From Alphaproteobacteria bacterium (GTDB lineage Bacteria; Pseudomonadota; Alphaproteobacteria; GCA-2731375): a DNA stretch of 51,431 bases. Below are positions 27,792 to 37,298 of the stretch, piece after piece. The translations under genes and the position numbers were made by a program. The notes below the pieces were generated by a model that was not told the DNA's origin, did no database searches, and saw only the letters and a list, made by a program, of their open reading frames with translations. Within the stretch, counting starts at the first letter, position 1, and every line of letters starts with the position of its first letter. The stretch lies in the NCBI GenBank assembly GCA_029937535.1, contig JAPYPT010000004.1:1-51431 (forward strand), given 5' to 3'.

Positions 27792-29347
27792 ATCGTCACC
27801 TCGATCAGATACGGCCCTTCCGAGTGCAGGCCGGCGTCCAGGGCTTTATTGAGTTCTTCGGCATTGTTGGCCCGCGACCCCTCAACGCCCATGCCCTTTG
27901 CCATGGCGACCCAATCCAGGCTGGGCCGGTCGATGGACAGCATATCGATGGCGCGGGGACCGGGGTTTTGCACGCCGACATTGGTCAGTTCGCCGCGCAG
28001 AATGTTGTAGGTGCCGTTGGCGAAGACCAGGATGGTGATGTCCAGGCCTTCCCGCGCCATGGTCCAGAGCGATTGGATGGTGTACATGGCGCTGCCGTCG
28101 CCCTCCAGCGCGATGACCTTGCGGTCGGGGCAGGCAATGGCCGCGCCCACGGCGACGGGCAGGCCATAGCCGATGGAGCCGCCCCGGTTATTCATCCAAT
28201 CATGAGGCGGCGCGCCGGCGGTGGTGGGGAAGAATTCACGGCCCGTGGTGACGCTCTCGTCCACCACGATGGCGCCTTCGGGCAGCATGGCGCTCAGGGA
28301 TTGTGCGATGGTGGCCAGCGTCGTCTCGCCCGTGGGCAGGGGGGCGCGGTGCGGGGTGGCAAGGCCCGCCGGCTCCAGGTCCAGACAATCCAGCTCGGCC
28401 GCCAGGGCTTCCAACGCGGCTTCCATGTCTTCATCCGTACCGGCTAGCTTGGTGGACCGGGCGTCGGGGTCCATCAGCAGGCTGGATTTGCCGGGATAGG
28501 CGAAAAAAGCCACCGGCTCACGGGCGCCCACCAGTACCAGGTTACCGGCTTTTTTCATCACCGCCTGGGCTAGTTCTACGACGTACGGAATGCGGTTTAC
28601 CTGAACCCGTCCCGCCCCTCGTTCCAGGCGGGTGTTGGCGCCCTCCGTCAGGATGCCGCAGCCGGTTTTGGCGGCAATCCGGCCCGCCAGTTCCAGGCCG
28701 CGCTGGCGCAGGGACGCCCCACCCATGAGCAAGGTTGCCGTCTCGCTGTCGCGCAACAGCGCGGCGGCGGTCTTGACCGCGTCTTCGGACACCTTTGGGG
28801 GCGCCATCGGCGCGGTGACTTCAGCGACGCCGTCCGCCGGGCCCCAGGCTGTATCGGCGGGCAGGATCAGCGTGGCGATCTGTCCCGGCCTTTGGTTCGC
28901 GGCCTCGATCGCCAGGGCGCCGTCGGCGGCAATGGTGGTTGATGACGGCGATGTCTTGACCCAATGGGACATGGGCGCGGCCGTACCTTCAATATCGGCG
29001 GTCAGGGGCGCATCAAATTTGATGTGATAGGTGGCATGTTCGCCGACAATATTGACGACGCCGGATTCCGCCTTCTTGGCGTTGTGCAGATTGGCCAGGC
29101 CGTTGGCCAGACCGGGGGCCAGATGCAGCAGGGTCGAGGCGGGCTTGCCCAACATGCGGTAATAGCCGTCCGCCGCGCCGGTGACCACGCCCTCGAACAG
29201 CCCCAGCACGCAACGCATGCCGGGCACCTTGTCCAGGGCGGCGACAAAATGCATCTCGGACGTGCCCGGGTTGGTGAAACAGATGTTGACATCACCCGCG
29301 ATCAGGGTCCTCACGAGGCTTTCGGCGCCATTCATTTCGTCACTCAT
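27788..29347 (-). CDS. ThDP-dependent enzyme (acetolactate synthase large subunit-like/benzoylformate decarboxylase-like)
   Basis: NPGTSE, LFEG..TGAADGY and the GDGSAMY...N..Y ThDP motif. Start set to the ATG at 29347. Confidence 0.9.
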   Translation of the reverse strand: MSDEMNGAESLVRTLIAGDVNICFTNPGTSEMHFVAALDKVPGMRCVLGLFEGVVTGAADGYYRMLGKPASTLLHLAPGLANGLANLHNAKKAESGVVNIVGEHATYHIKFDAPLTADIEGTAAPMSHWVKTSPSSTTIAADGALAIEAANQRPGQIATLILPADTAWGPADGVAEVTAPMAPPKVSEDAVKTAAALLRDSETATLLMGGASLRQRGLELAGRIAAKTGCGILTEGANTRLERGAGRVQVNRIPYVVELAQAVMKKAGNLVLVGAREPVAFFAYPGKSSLLMDPDARSTKLAGTDEDMEAALEALAAELDCLDLEPAGLATPHRAPLPTGETTLATIAQSLSAMLPEGAIVVDESVTTGREFFPTTAGAPPHDWMNNRGGSIGYGLPVAVGAAIACPDRKVIALEGDGSAMYTIQSLWTMAREGLDITILVFANGTYNILRGELTNVGVQNPGPRAIDMLSIDRPSLDWVAMAKGMGVEGSRANNAEELNKALDAGLHSEGPYLIEVTI

Positions 29348-29374
29348 CGGATAACAACTCCCCAAAAAAACATT

Positions 29375-31108
29375 TCAATTTGCACGTAACGCCGCCGTCG
29401 CGGTTTCGTTCACGGATTTACCATCATCGTTCAGGATAACGCCATAGGTGGTTTCCGCCGCCGCCTGGCTAACCACGCCGTCGCGGACATCGCGTAGGAC
29501 CCGTTGCGGATCTCTCGAAGTCGGCTCGCCCCAGCCGCCGCCGCCCGGCGAGGTGGCGGTAAGGGTCAAGGGTTCGTAATGGCGTACGGCGTATTTCGGC
29601 GGCTGCTCGCTACCGCCCGAGTGAAAAGCCAGCTTCATATCGCCGGCCTCGCCGGCCGCGCCACCACCGACCCCAAAGCATGATGTGTTGTACAGGCCTT
29701 CGCCGCGAAAGGCGTATTCGGCCGCAACATTGATTTCCACCTCGAAGTGGGCGCCCGTGCCGCCGCGATAGGCGCCCGGTCCCGCTGCGTCCGTGCGAAA
29801 TTCCTGGCGGTGAAAGCGGACGGGGTAAAGCTGCTCGTAGGTTTCCACGTTGGGCAGAACCAATCCGCCCAGGGCAATCAAATGGCCAATCTGGTTAAAG
29901 CCATCCCGTCCCTCCACGGCGCCGCCGCCAGGCGCGCCATTCCAATGGTACATGACAAAAGGACTTTCCTCTCCCTGGCGGCCCGAGGTGGTGCCGTGGA
30001 TGGATTTCGACCAGCCGGCGCAACTGCGTTCGGGCACGGCCTGGTTCAGGGTCTTCCAGATGGCATGGACGATTTCATGGGCGACGAAGACGGTATTCAT
30101 GGTCATGGCGGCGGGCGGCCGGGCGTTGATTATGGTGCCTTCGGGCGCGGTGATGGTCACCGTGCGGAAGGTGCCCTCGTTGCGCGGCAGATCCGGGTCG
30201 AAATACGACGCCAAGGCCATGTAGACGGCCGACCAGGTATTGGCCACCGAAGAATTCTTGAAGCCCTGGACCTGGGGTGCGGTGCCGGTGAAATCAACCT
30301 CCAACGCTTCACCCTTGATGCCCAGGCGTACGCGGATGGAATCCGCCAAGGGCTCGAAACAATCGTTGTCGATGGCCTCCTCCGCCCGGTAGTCGCCGTC
30401 CGGCATGGCGGCGACGCAGCGGCGGAAGCTGCGGTCGGCATGCTCCAGGATGCCCTCGAAATAGTCGCGGTATTGCGCCGGCCCGAGTTCCTCGACCAGG
30501 GCGGCGATACGGTCGGCGCCAATCTTCGTGGATCCGATCATGGCGCGCAGGTCGCCGTCCAGGGCCTCAGCCGTGCGCGTATTGATCATCAACAGACGCC
30601 AAATGTCTTGGTGGGTGTCCCCCTTGGCGATCAGCTTCATGACCGGCAGGCGAATGCCTTCATGAAAGATCTCCCTAGCTTCGGAATTATAGGTTCCAGC
30701 GGCGCCGCCGCCGATATCGGCCTGGTGGGCCCGGTTGCAGGCGAAGGCGATCAAGCGGTCCCCTACGAACACGGGCCGCGCGATGACCCAGTCAGGCAGA
30801 TGGTTGCCGCCCGCCGTATAGGGATCGTTTAGAATGAAAACGTCGCCGTCGTCTATATCATCGGCGAAATCCCGCAACAGGGCCCGCACCGCGAAGCCGC
30901 CGCCGCCCGTATGAATGGGAATACCGTCGGCCTGGCTGACCAAGGTGCCGTCGGGGTCGGCAATGAAGCAGGAGAAATCGTGGCTCTGGGAAAAGATCGG
31001 GCTGCGCGCGGTCCGCGTCATGACCCAGCCCATCTGCCGGGAGATATGATCCAGCCGGTTTTGCACCAACGCCAGGACGATGGGGTCCAGATTGCCGTGG
31101 CTCTTCAT
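29375..31108 (-). CDS. Hydantoinase B/5-oxoprolinase beta subunit family (second copy)
   Basis: LDPI.LA, TARSPIF..HDFS, IPIH, NDPY.GGNHLPD, HQADIGG and PGGGGWG motifs. Confidence 0.93.
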   Translation of the reverse strand: MKSHGNLDPIVLALVQNRLDHISRQMGWVMTRTARSPIFSQSHDFSCFIADPDGTLVSQADGIPIHTGGGGFAVRALLRDFADDIDDGDVFILNDPYTAGGNHLPDWVIARPVFVGDRLIAFACNRAHQADIGGGAAGTYNSEAREIFHEGIRLPVMKLIAKGDTHQDIWRLLMINTRTAEALDGDLRAMIGSTKIGADRIAALVEELGPAQYRDYFEGILEHADRSFRRCVAAMPDGDYRAEEAIDNDCFEPLADSIRVRLGIKGEALEVDFTGTAPQVQGFKNSSVANTWSAVYMALASYFDPDLPRNEGTFRTVTITAPEGTIINARPPAAMTMNTVFVAHEIVHAIWKTLNQAVPERSCAGWSKSIHGTTSGRQGEESPFVMYHWNGAPGGGAVEGRDGFNQIGHLIALGGLVLPNVETYEQLYPVRFHRQEFRTDAAGPGAYRGGTGAHFEVEINVAAEYAFRGEGLYNTSCFGVGGGAAGEAGDMKLAFHSGGSEQPPKYAVRHYEPLTLTATSPGGGGWGEPTSRDPQRVLRDVRDGVVSQAAAETTYGVILNDDGKSVNETATAALRAN

Positions 31109-33174
31109 CCCTTACCGCCCACCTCGATCATGAAGTTATCGGCCTCATCGACCCGCAACCGGTCCCCTGGCCCGACGAACACCGTGGTGGTCAGCTCCTC
31201 GACCAACAGCGGGCCGTCCTGGGCGAAACCCGACGCCAGGTCCGCTCCGGCATAGACCGGGGTTTCCTGCCAGCCGTGTTGAGGGTCCATGTAAACCTGA
31301 CGGATCGCCGTTGGTTCCACTTTCGCGTCAGAGGGCGGTGTCATCGCCGGTTCCGTGATTTCGATCAAGCCGCGCGCGGTCACGCGAAAGGCGGTGATCT
31401 CGATGGTGCCGCCAGGCTGGGTATGGCCGTATTGGCGCTGATGATCGGCATCGAAGGCATCGCGTACGGCCACCGGATCGAAGGCGCCGGGGGGCAGCTC
31501 GACCCGGATCGACCACAACTGGCCGCGATAACGCAAATCCAGCTCCCGGATGATTACCGCGCGGTCACCGGTGAAACCGTCCGCCGCCAGGGCTTCGTCC
31601 GCCCGTTGGGCCAGGGGTTCGAAACCCTGCCGCAGGGTGGCCTCGCCCACCGTATCCAGATTATCGAAATGCACGGCCAGGAAATCCTGCCGGATGTCCG
31701 TGTGCAACATGCCCAGGGCGCAAAAGGCGCCTGCCTGCCTGGGTACATAGGCTTGCCGGCAACCCAGCGCACGGGCCACGGTGGCGCCGTGCATGGGCCC
31801 CGCGCCGCCCGCCGCCACCAGGGTGAAGCGCTGGGGGTTGTGGCCGCGCTGGATGGAAATATGTTCCACCGCATGCAGCAGGTTTTGCTCCAACAGCCGG
31901 ATGATGCCCGCCGCCGCCTCGGCGACGTCGATCCCCAAGGGCCCCGCGATCTGCTCCGCGATGGCGTGTTGGGCCAGCCCTTCATCCAAGGTGACGCTGC
32001 CGCCCGCGTAGGGGCCGGGACGCAGCCGGCCCAAGACCATATAGGCATCGGTGACGGTGGGTTGTTCCCCGCCCAGGCCATAACAGGCCGGGCCGGGCCG
32101 GGCGCCCGCGCCCTGGGGCCCCACGTGCAGCAAGCCGGCCTGATCCACATGGGCAATGGTGCCGCCGCCCGCGCCCACGGTGTGAATATCCACCGACGGC
32201 GTGGCCAGATGATAACCATCGATGATCAATTCGTCGGTCACCGCCACATGGCCGCCGCCCATCAGCATGACATCGCAAGAGGTGCCGCCGATCTCCATGG
32301 CGATCAGATTATCGGTGCCCGCCGATTTGGCATACAGCCCCAAGGCGCCGACGCCCGCCGCCGGGCCGGACAGCACCAGATTGACCGGGCGTTCGGCGAC
32401 CTGGTCAACGGATATGGCGCCGCCGTTGCTTTGCAGCAGCAGGATCGGCCGGGCCAGGCCCTGTTCGCGCAGATGGCCGTCCAGGTCCCGCAGATAGCCC
32501 ACCACCTTGGGCGCGATGTAGGCATTGACCACGGCGGTGGAGGTGCGCTCGTACTCGCCCATGATCGGGGCGATGCGGCTGGACAGGGAGAGCCAGGGAA
32601 ATGCACCCAAGTGATCGGCCGCCGCGTCCTCGTGCTTCGGGTTGCCGTAGCTGTTCAGCAACGCAATGGCGATGGCTTCCACGCCCTCGTCCGTGAAGAT
32701 TGCCATCGCGGCATCGATATCGTCCGGCACCAGGGCTTCCAACTCCACGCCGTCCTTGTCCAGACGGCCGCCGACGGGTTGGCGCAGGTACCGGGGTACC
32801 AGCACCTCGGGGAAGGGCGCGCGGTGATCCCACATGTTCTCCCGGATGCCCCGGCGGATTTCCAGGCTGTCGCGAAAGCCGGTGGTGGTCAGCAAGCCGA
32901 CCTTGGCGCCTTTCTTTTCCAGAATGGTATTGGTGGCGACGGTGGAGCCATGAAAGAACAGGGCGCAGTCCCGCAAAAGATCCGGCAAGTTCATGGCCAG
33001 CTCGTCCGCGGCCCGTTGCAGCACGGCGATGACGCCCTGGCTGGGATCGGCGGGCACGGAAGGTACTTTAAAAACCCACAAGCCGCCCGCTTGGTCCCGC
33101 AACACCATGTCGGTGAAGGTGCCGCCCACATCGACGCCGATGCGCCAGGGCGCTGTCGGTTTCATCCCGGTCAC
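31105..33174 (-). CDS. Hydantoinase A/5-oxoprolinase alpha subunit family (second copy)
   Basis: DVGGTFTD, HGSTVATN, EYERTST, SGPAAG, EIGGTS.D, GAGGGTIA and GGAGPMH motifs. Confidence 0.94.
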   Translation of the reverse strand: MTGMKPTAPWRIGVDVGGTFTDMVLRDQAGGLWVFKVPSVPADPSQGVIAVLQRAADELAMNLPDLLRDCALFFHGSTVATNTILEKKGAKVGLLTTTGFRDSLEIRRGIRENMWDHRAPFPEVLVPRYLRQPVGGRLDKDGVELEALVPDDIDAAMAIFTDEGVEAIAIALLNSYGNPKHEDAAADHLGAFPWLSLSSRIAPIMGEYERTSTAVVNAYIAPKVVGYLRDLDGHLREQGLARPILLLQSNGGAISVDQVAERPVNLVLSGPAAGVGALGLYAKSAGTDNLIAMEIGGTSCDVMLMGGGHVAVTDELIIDGYHLATPSVDIHTVGAGGGTIAHVDQAGLLHVGPQGAGARPGPACYGLGGEQPTVTDAYMVLGRLRPGPYAGGSVTLDEGLAQHAIAEQIAGPLGIDVAEAAAGIIRLLEQNLLHAVEHISIQRGHNPQRFTLVAAGGAGPMHGATVARALGCRQAYVPRQAGAFCALGMLHTDIRQDFLAVHFDNLDTVGEATLRQGFEPLAQRADEALAADGFTGDRAVIIRELDLRYRGQLWSIRVELPPGAFDPVAVRDAFDADHQRQYGHTQPGGTIEITAFRVTARGLIEITEPAMTPPSDAKVEPTAIRQVYMDPQHGWQETPVYAGADLASGFAQDGPLLVEELTTTVFVGPGDRLRVDEADNFMIEVGGKG

Positions 33175-33575
33175 CAGCGCGGCGCCTTGTCTTGTATGGA
33201 GACGTGGGCCGCGACCACCTTCCAGCCCAGATCGGGAAACTTGACCCAGGTCTGCGACTGCCGTCCCACTTCATCCTGGCCGCGAACTTTGAATTCCAGG
33301 TTCACCGTGGCGAAGGCATCGCCCAGGGTGAGAATTTCCAAACGCCTGCGCATTTCCTTTATGCCTGGCCCGGGCGCGCGGTTGACGCGGTGTTTGTGGA
33401 TCTCGTCAAAGCCGTAGCCGTTTTCATGCATGGCATAGCGGATGGTTTGGGGGCTGTCCCAAAACGTGTTGTCCAGCACATCCACATTCTTGTCGATCAG
33501 GGCCTGCTCGTACGCTTCAAACAACGCCGTGACTTCCGCCACCACATCCGGATCGTTTACGCTAAGGGTACTCAC
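33171..33575 (-). CDS. AtzH/HpxZ-like (DUF3225, NTF2-fold) protein
   Basis: N.PDVVAEV...F.AYE.AL....V..LD..FW.SP.TIRY...EN.YG..EI and GRQSQTW....GW.VVAAHVS. The GTG start at 33575 overlaps the amidase stop. Confidence 0.9.
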   Translation of the reverse strand: MSTLSVNDPDVVAEVTALFEAYEQALIDKNVDVLDNTFWDSPQTIRYAMHENGYGFDEIHKHRVNRAPGPGIKEMRRRLEILTLGDAFATVNLEFKVRGQDEVGRQSQTWVKFPDLGWKVVAAHVSIQDKAPRW

Positions 33576-34747
33576 GCGGTTTCCTCCATTGCTTTTGCCA
33601 GTGCGACCAGTTGTGCATCCATACCCCAACGCCCGACGATGGACAGACCAATGGGCAGGCCGCCAAGGGTGGCGCCGGGAATGGAAACCTGGGGCACGCC
33701 GGTCAGGCCGCCATGGCTGCACAGACAGGCGATCTGCAGGCGCAGGGGATCGGTCTGGCTGATGGGCAGGCCCTTTAGCGGTGCTGGGAAAGGCGTCGTC
33801 GGCATGCACAAAACAGTGTTCGGCGCCAACAAATAGTCCATCCGGGCCCGGGCTTCCTGGCGCATCATCTGGGCCCAATCCCGCTCGCCCTCGGGTATGG
33901 CCGAGGCGCCGGCCAGGCCGCGGGCGACGCTGTAGGCCATGGCCGGATTGACCACGTCCAGCCAGTCCTTAAAGGTCAACCAGCCCTCATAAGGCTGCAA
34001 GGTGCGTTGCGCCTTGGCCCAGGTGCTGAGACCGGGCGGCGCCATGATCTCCTCCTCCATGTCGCCCACCAACTCGCCTAGACGTCCGATCAGCGGTCGC
34101 AAGGCAGCGCGCACATCGACCCCGGCAAAGCCAAAGGCATCGACCGCTACGATCAGGCGTTCGGGCAGGGCGGTGGGGATATCCTCGCCCAGCATCACGG
34201 CGGAGGCCTTGGCGAAGGTGGCGCCGTCGCGGGCGAACCAGCCGGTGGTATCCGAACTAGGAGCTTGCGGCATCATGCCGGTCAAATCCAGCCGGCCATG
34301 GGTGGGGCGTATGCCGTAGACGCCGCAAAAACTGGCCGGCACGCGGACCGAGCCCCCGGTGTCCGTACCCAGGGCAATATCGCACAGCCCCGCCGCCACC
34401 GCCGCGACGGAACCGGCGGAGGAGCCGCCCGGCACCCGGTCCGGCGCGGCGCTGTTCACCGGCGTGCCATGAAAAACGCTCTCGCCCAGAATGCCCAGGG
34501 AAACTTCATCCGTGATGGACTTGCCGACCAGGGCCGCGCCGCCGTCCAGTAATGTCTGCACCGCCCAGGCATGTGCCTCCGCCGGTTCGATGTTGCCGGG
34601 CCAATCAGGATTGCCGCCGCCCGTGGGATGCCCCGCCACGTCGAACAGGTCCTTGGCCACGAACGTCAGGCCCGACAGCGGGCCATCCGGCGCGCCGTCG
34701 ATATGGACGGAGCTGCCCGGAACCAGGGCGCCAACGGTATCTTCCAT
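33572..34747 (-). CDS. Amidase signature family enzyme
   Basis: AKDLFD, PGGSSAGS and GTDTGGSVRVPASFCG motifs. Start set to the ATG at 34747 (GGAGG RBS). Confidence 0.92.
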   Translation of the reverse strand: MEDTVGALVPGSSVHIDGAPDGPLSGLTFVAKDLFDVAGHPTGGGNPDWPGNIEPAEAHAWAVQTLLDGGAALVGKSITDEVSLGILGESVFHGTPVNSAAPDRVPGGSSAGSVAAVAAGLCDIALGTDTGGSVRVPASFCGVYGIRPTHGRLDLTGMMPQAPSSDTTGWFARDGATFAKASAVMLGEDIPTALPERLIVAVDAFGFAGVDVRAALRPLIGRLGELVGDMEEEIMAPPGLSTWAKAQRTLQPYEGWLTFKDWLDVVNPAMAYSVARGLAGASAIPEGERDWAQMMRQEARARMDYLLAPNTVLCMPTTPFPAPLKGLPISQTDPLRLQIACLCSHGGLTGVPQVSIPGATLGGLPIGLSIVGRWGMDAQLVALAKAMEETA

Positions 34748-34748
34748 T

Positions 34749-35762
34749 TTAAGCCTCCAACAGTTCGGCAACGGCTTGGCGCAGAAAGGCCTCGTCGTCG
34801 CTGTTGTCGAGGGGGTTGCCCGCGCGATGGCCCCAGATAGATTCGATGGGCCGGAATTCGGCATTGGGCATTTGGGCGCACTCGGCTTCGGAATCTTCCG
34901 GCGTGAAGTAGAGATCGGTGCGCGAAGGCATAATCATGGCGCGGGCCTTGATGGCGCCCAGTGCGGAGGCTAGATCACCGCCGAAAATCTCATTATCGGA
35001 AATATCGGAGCGATACCAGGTGGACAGCATGGACAGCAGATCATCGCCGTCCCGGCGCAGGAAATTGGCCTCCCAGCCCCGCACCAGATAATCCTCCAGC
35101 GAGGCGAAGCCCAATTCCAGGTGCTTGCCCTCCCGGTAAAAAGCCTGGGACATGGCCCAGCCCGCATAGAGGCGGCCCATGGCGCGCAGGCCGCGCACCG
35201 GACGGGCGGTAAAACCGCCCTCGTGCCAGGCCGGGTCGGCGGTCAGGGTGGCGCGGACGCCTTCCAGGAAGACTTTGTTGTGGGGCGAGGTGCGGGCGGA
35301 GCCGCAGACGGCGCAGATCGCCGCGACTTGATCGGGAAAGACCGCGCCCCAATGCAAGGCCTGCTGGGCGCCCATGGACCAGCCATAGACCAGGGCAAGG
35401 TGGTCCACCGCGAAGACCTCTGTCAGCATCCGGCGTTGGGCCTGTATGTTGTCCCAATGGCTAAAGTCGGGAAAGCGGCCCATGCCGTAGGGCTCCGCCA
35501 TGTTGGAGGGGGAGGACGACAGGCCGTTGCCAAACATATTGGGGATCACGACGAAGTATTTGTCTGAATCCAGAATACGGCCCGGCCCGATCAGCCATTC
35601 GATGTCCGTATGGTGGGCGCCGTAGGAAGTGGGATAAAGCACAACGTTGGATTTATCCGCCGCCAGGGCGCCATAGGTCTGGTAGGTCAATTGAGCCTTG
35701 GGCAAGGTCATGCCGCATTGCAGGCGCAGGTTTCCCAGTTCGAAAATTTTGTGATCATTCAT
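34749..35762 (-). CDS. Homoserine O-acetyltransferase (MetX)-like alpha/beta hydrolase
   Basis: L.Y.TYG.L...KSN, N.FGNG.SSSPS, GWSMGAQQ (Ser), DLYF (Asp) and WGH (His). It lacks the HALTG motif of true MetX. Confidence 0.85.
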   Translation of the reverse strand: MNDHKIFELGNLRLQCGMTLPKAQLTYQTYGALAADKSNVVLYPTSYGAHHTDIEWLIGPGRILDSDKYFVVIPNMFGNGLSSSPSNMAEPYGMGRFPDFSHWDNIQAQRRMLTEVFAVDHLALVYGWSMGAQQALHWGAVFPDQVAAICAVCGSARTSPHNKVFLEGVRATLTADPAWHEGGFTARPVRGLRAMGRLYAGWAMSQAFYREGKHLELGFASLEDYLVRGWEANFLRRDGDDLLSMLSTWYRSDISDNEIFGGDLASALGAIKARAMIMPSRTDLYFTPEDSEAECAQMPNAEFRPIESIWGHRAGNPLDNSDDEAFLRQAVAELLEA

Positions 35763-35843
35763 TTGGCATGGCCTCCCGTGCCTATCCTATCGCCGTTGCG
35801 CGGGAGGGTCCAATCTGTTCGCCGGCGGCGGCTCAATGATTAG

Positions 35844-35934
35844 GGGTACACGTAACAAGTACATGTCCCCCTATTCACCCCAACCATCAGCACAAGCGGA
35901 GTAATTTGGGGACATGTACTTGTTACGTGTACCC
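35844..35934. repeat. Perfect 27-bp inverted repeat (REPIN-like doublet)
   Basis: GGGTACACGTAACAAGTACATGTCCCC (35844-35870) is the exact reverse complement of 35908-35934, with a 37-nt spacer. Confidence 0.92.
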
Positions 35935-35962
35935 AAAATACGGCGGGACCACAGCCAGCCCT

Positions 35963-37201
35963 CTACCGCCCCAGAATTATGATCGAGGCCACGCTTTCCT
36001 CGATGCCGTACAGCCCGCCGCCGTTCTCGGCGATGGCCAGGCGGGCGTCATCCACCTGACGGGCGCCGGCCTCGCCACGCAATTGCGCGGTCAATTCATA
36101 GATCTGGCACAGCCCCGTAGCGCCGATGGGATGGCCCTTGCATTCCAGGCCGCCCGAGGGATTGACGGGAATACGGCCGCCCAGGGTGGTATCGCCGCGT
36201 TCGGAAGTGGCGCCGCCGTCGCCAAATTCGCAGAAACCGAGGTTTTCGATCTGCACGATCTCGCCCATGGCGGTGGCGTCATGCACCTCCGCCACGTCCA
36301 TGTCCTCCGGCCCCACGCCGGCCCGCTCGTAGGCGCGTCTCGCGGCCTTGGCCGTGACATGCTGATCGACCGCTTCAATGGCGCGGGAGGAGCCGGTTTG
36401 CAACACTGACGCCTTGACTTCAATGGCCCGCGACCGGCCGATGCCAAGGCGTTTCAGGCCCTCCCCGGTACACAGCACCGCCGCCGCGCCGCCATCGCTG
36501 ATGGGCGCGCACATGGGCAGGGTCAGGGGGTAGGTGATGGGTGGCGCCGCCAGAACCTCATCCACGGAATAGGGCATGCGGTACTGCGCCTTGGCGTTAT
36601 GTTGGGAGTGATTGTGGTTCTTCGCCGAAACGGCGGCGATCTGACGCTGGGTGGTGCCGAAGGTGGCCATGTGATGGCGGGACCAGGCGGCATAGACATC
36701 CATGAACAGACTGTAGGGTTTGTCGGACGTGGTGCCGGGCGGCACCGGGTAGCCCTGGCCGAGAGCCAGGAGTTTTTCGGTGTTTTCCTCCACCGTGGCC
36801 ACATCCCAGGCGGCGTCGAACACGCTGAACATGCGTTCCCGGTCCGTTGAGAACATTTTTTCGACACCGACGGCCAGGGAGACATCGCCCTCGCCGGCCT
36901 TGAGGTATTGCACCGCCAGATTGAACGCCGTGGACCCGGAGGCACAGGCGTTCTCCACGTTGACCACGGGGATTTCCTCCACCCCCATGTGGCGCAAGGC
37001 GATCTCGCCCCGGATCATCTCCTGGCCTTCCATATGACCCTGGGTGGCGTTGGAGAAATAGGCCGCTTGCAGATCCTGGGTGGTGAGACCGGCATCGTCC
37101 AGGGCCTCGCCCACGGCCTCCGCCGTCAGGTCCTTGACGCTGCGGTCAAGCAGTTTGCCCATTTGCGTCATGCCGACACCGGCGATGTAAACCTTGGTCA
37201 T
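35963..37201 (-). CDS. Thiolase family protein (SCP2/SCP-x type)
   Basis: ENACASG, CAPISDG.AA, EVHDA, NPSGGL..KGHPIGATG and ENGGG motifs. Confidence 0.92.
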   Translation of the reverse strand: MTKVYIAGVGMTQMGKLLDRSVKDLTAEAVGEALDDAGLTTQDLQAAYFSNATQGHMEGQEMIRGEIALRHMGVEEIPVVNVENACASGSTAFNLAVQYLKAGEGDVSLAVGVEKMFSTDRERMFSVFDAAWDVATVEENTEKLLALGQGYPVPPGTTSDKPYSLFMDVYAAWSRHHMATFGTTQRQIAAVSAKNHNHSQHNAKAQYRMPYSVDEVLAAPPITYPLTLPMCAPISDGGAAAVLCTGEGLKRLGIGRSRAIEVKASVLQTGSSRAIEAVDQHVTAKAARRAYERAGVGPEDMDVAEVHDATAMGEIVQIENLGFCEFGDGGATSERGDTTLGGRIPVNPSGGLECKGHPIGATGLCQIYELTAQLRGEAGARQVDDARLAIAENGGGLYGIEESVASIIILGR

Positions 37202-37298
37202 CTCTCATGCCTCCCACTCTGCCGCCCTCTTTGCAGGATAGTCTTAGCACGATCAGATGCTATGATGCCGTCTTTCGATCCACAGGGGAGTGTTTTTC

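Noticed and set aside
31276-33417. 713-aa ORF on the + strand
   Set aside because: It is the antisense shadow of hydantoinase A, has no motifs, and is expected from high-GC codon bias.
33576-33878. N-terminal extension of the AtzH-like ORF
   Set aside because: It overlaps the amidase CDS. Family similarity begins at the GTG at 33575.
34749-35762. Methionine-biosynthetic metX
   Set aside because: It lacks the HALTG motif and any met context, and is embedded in an amidase/AtzH operon.
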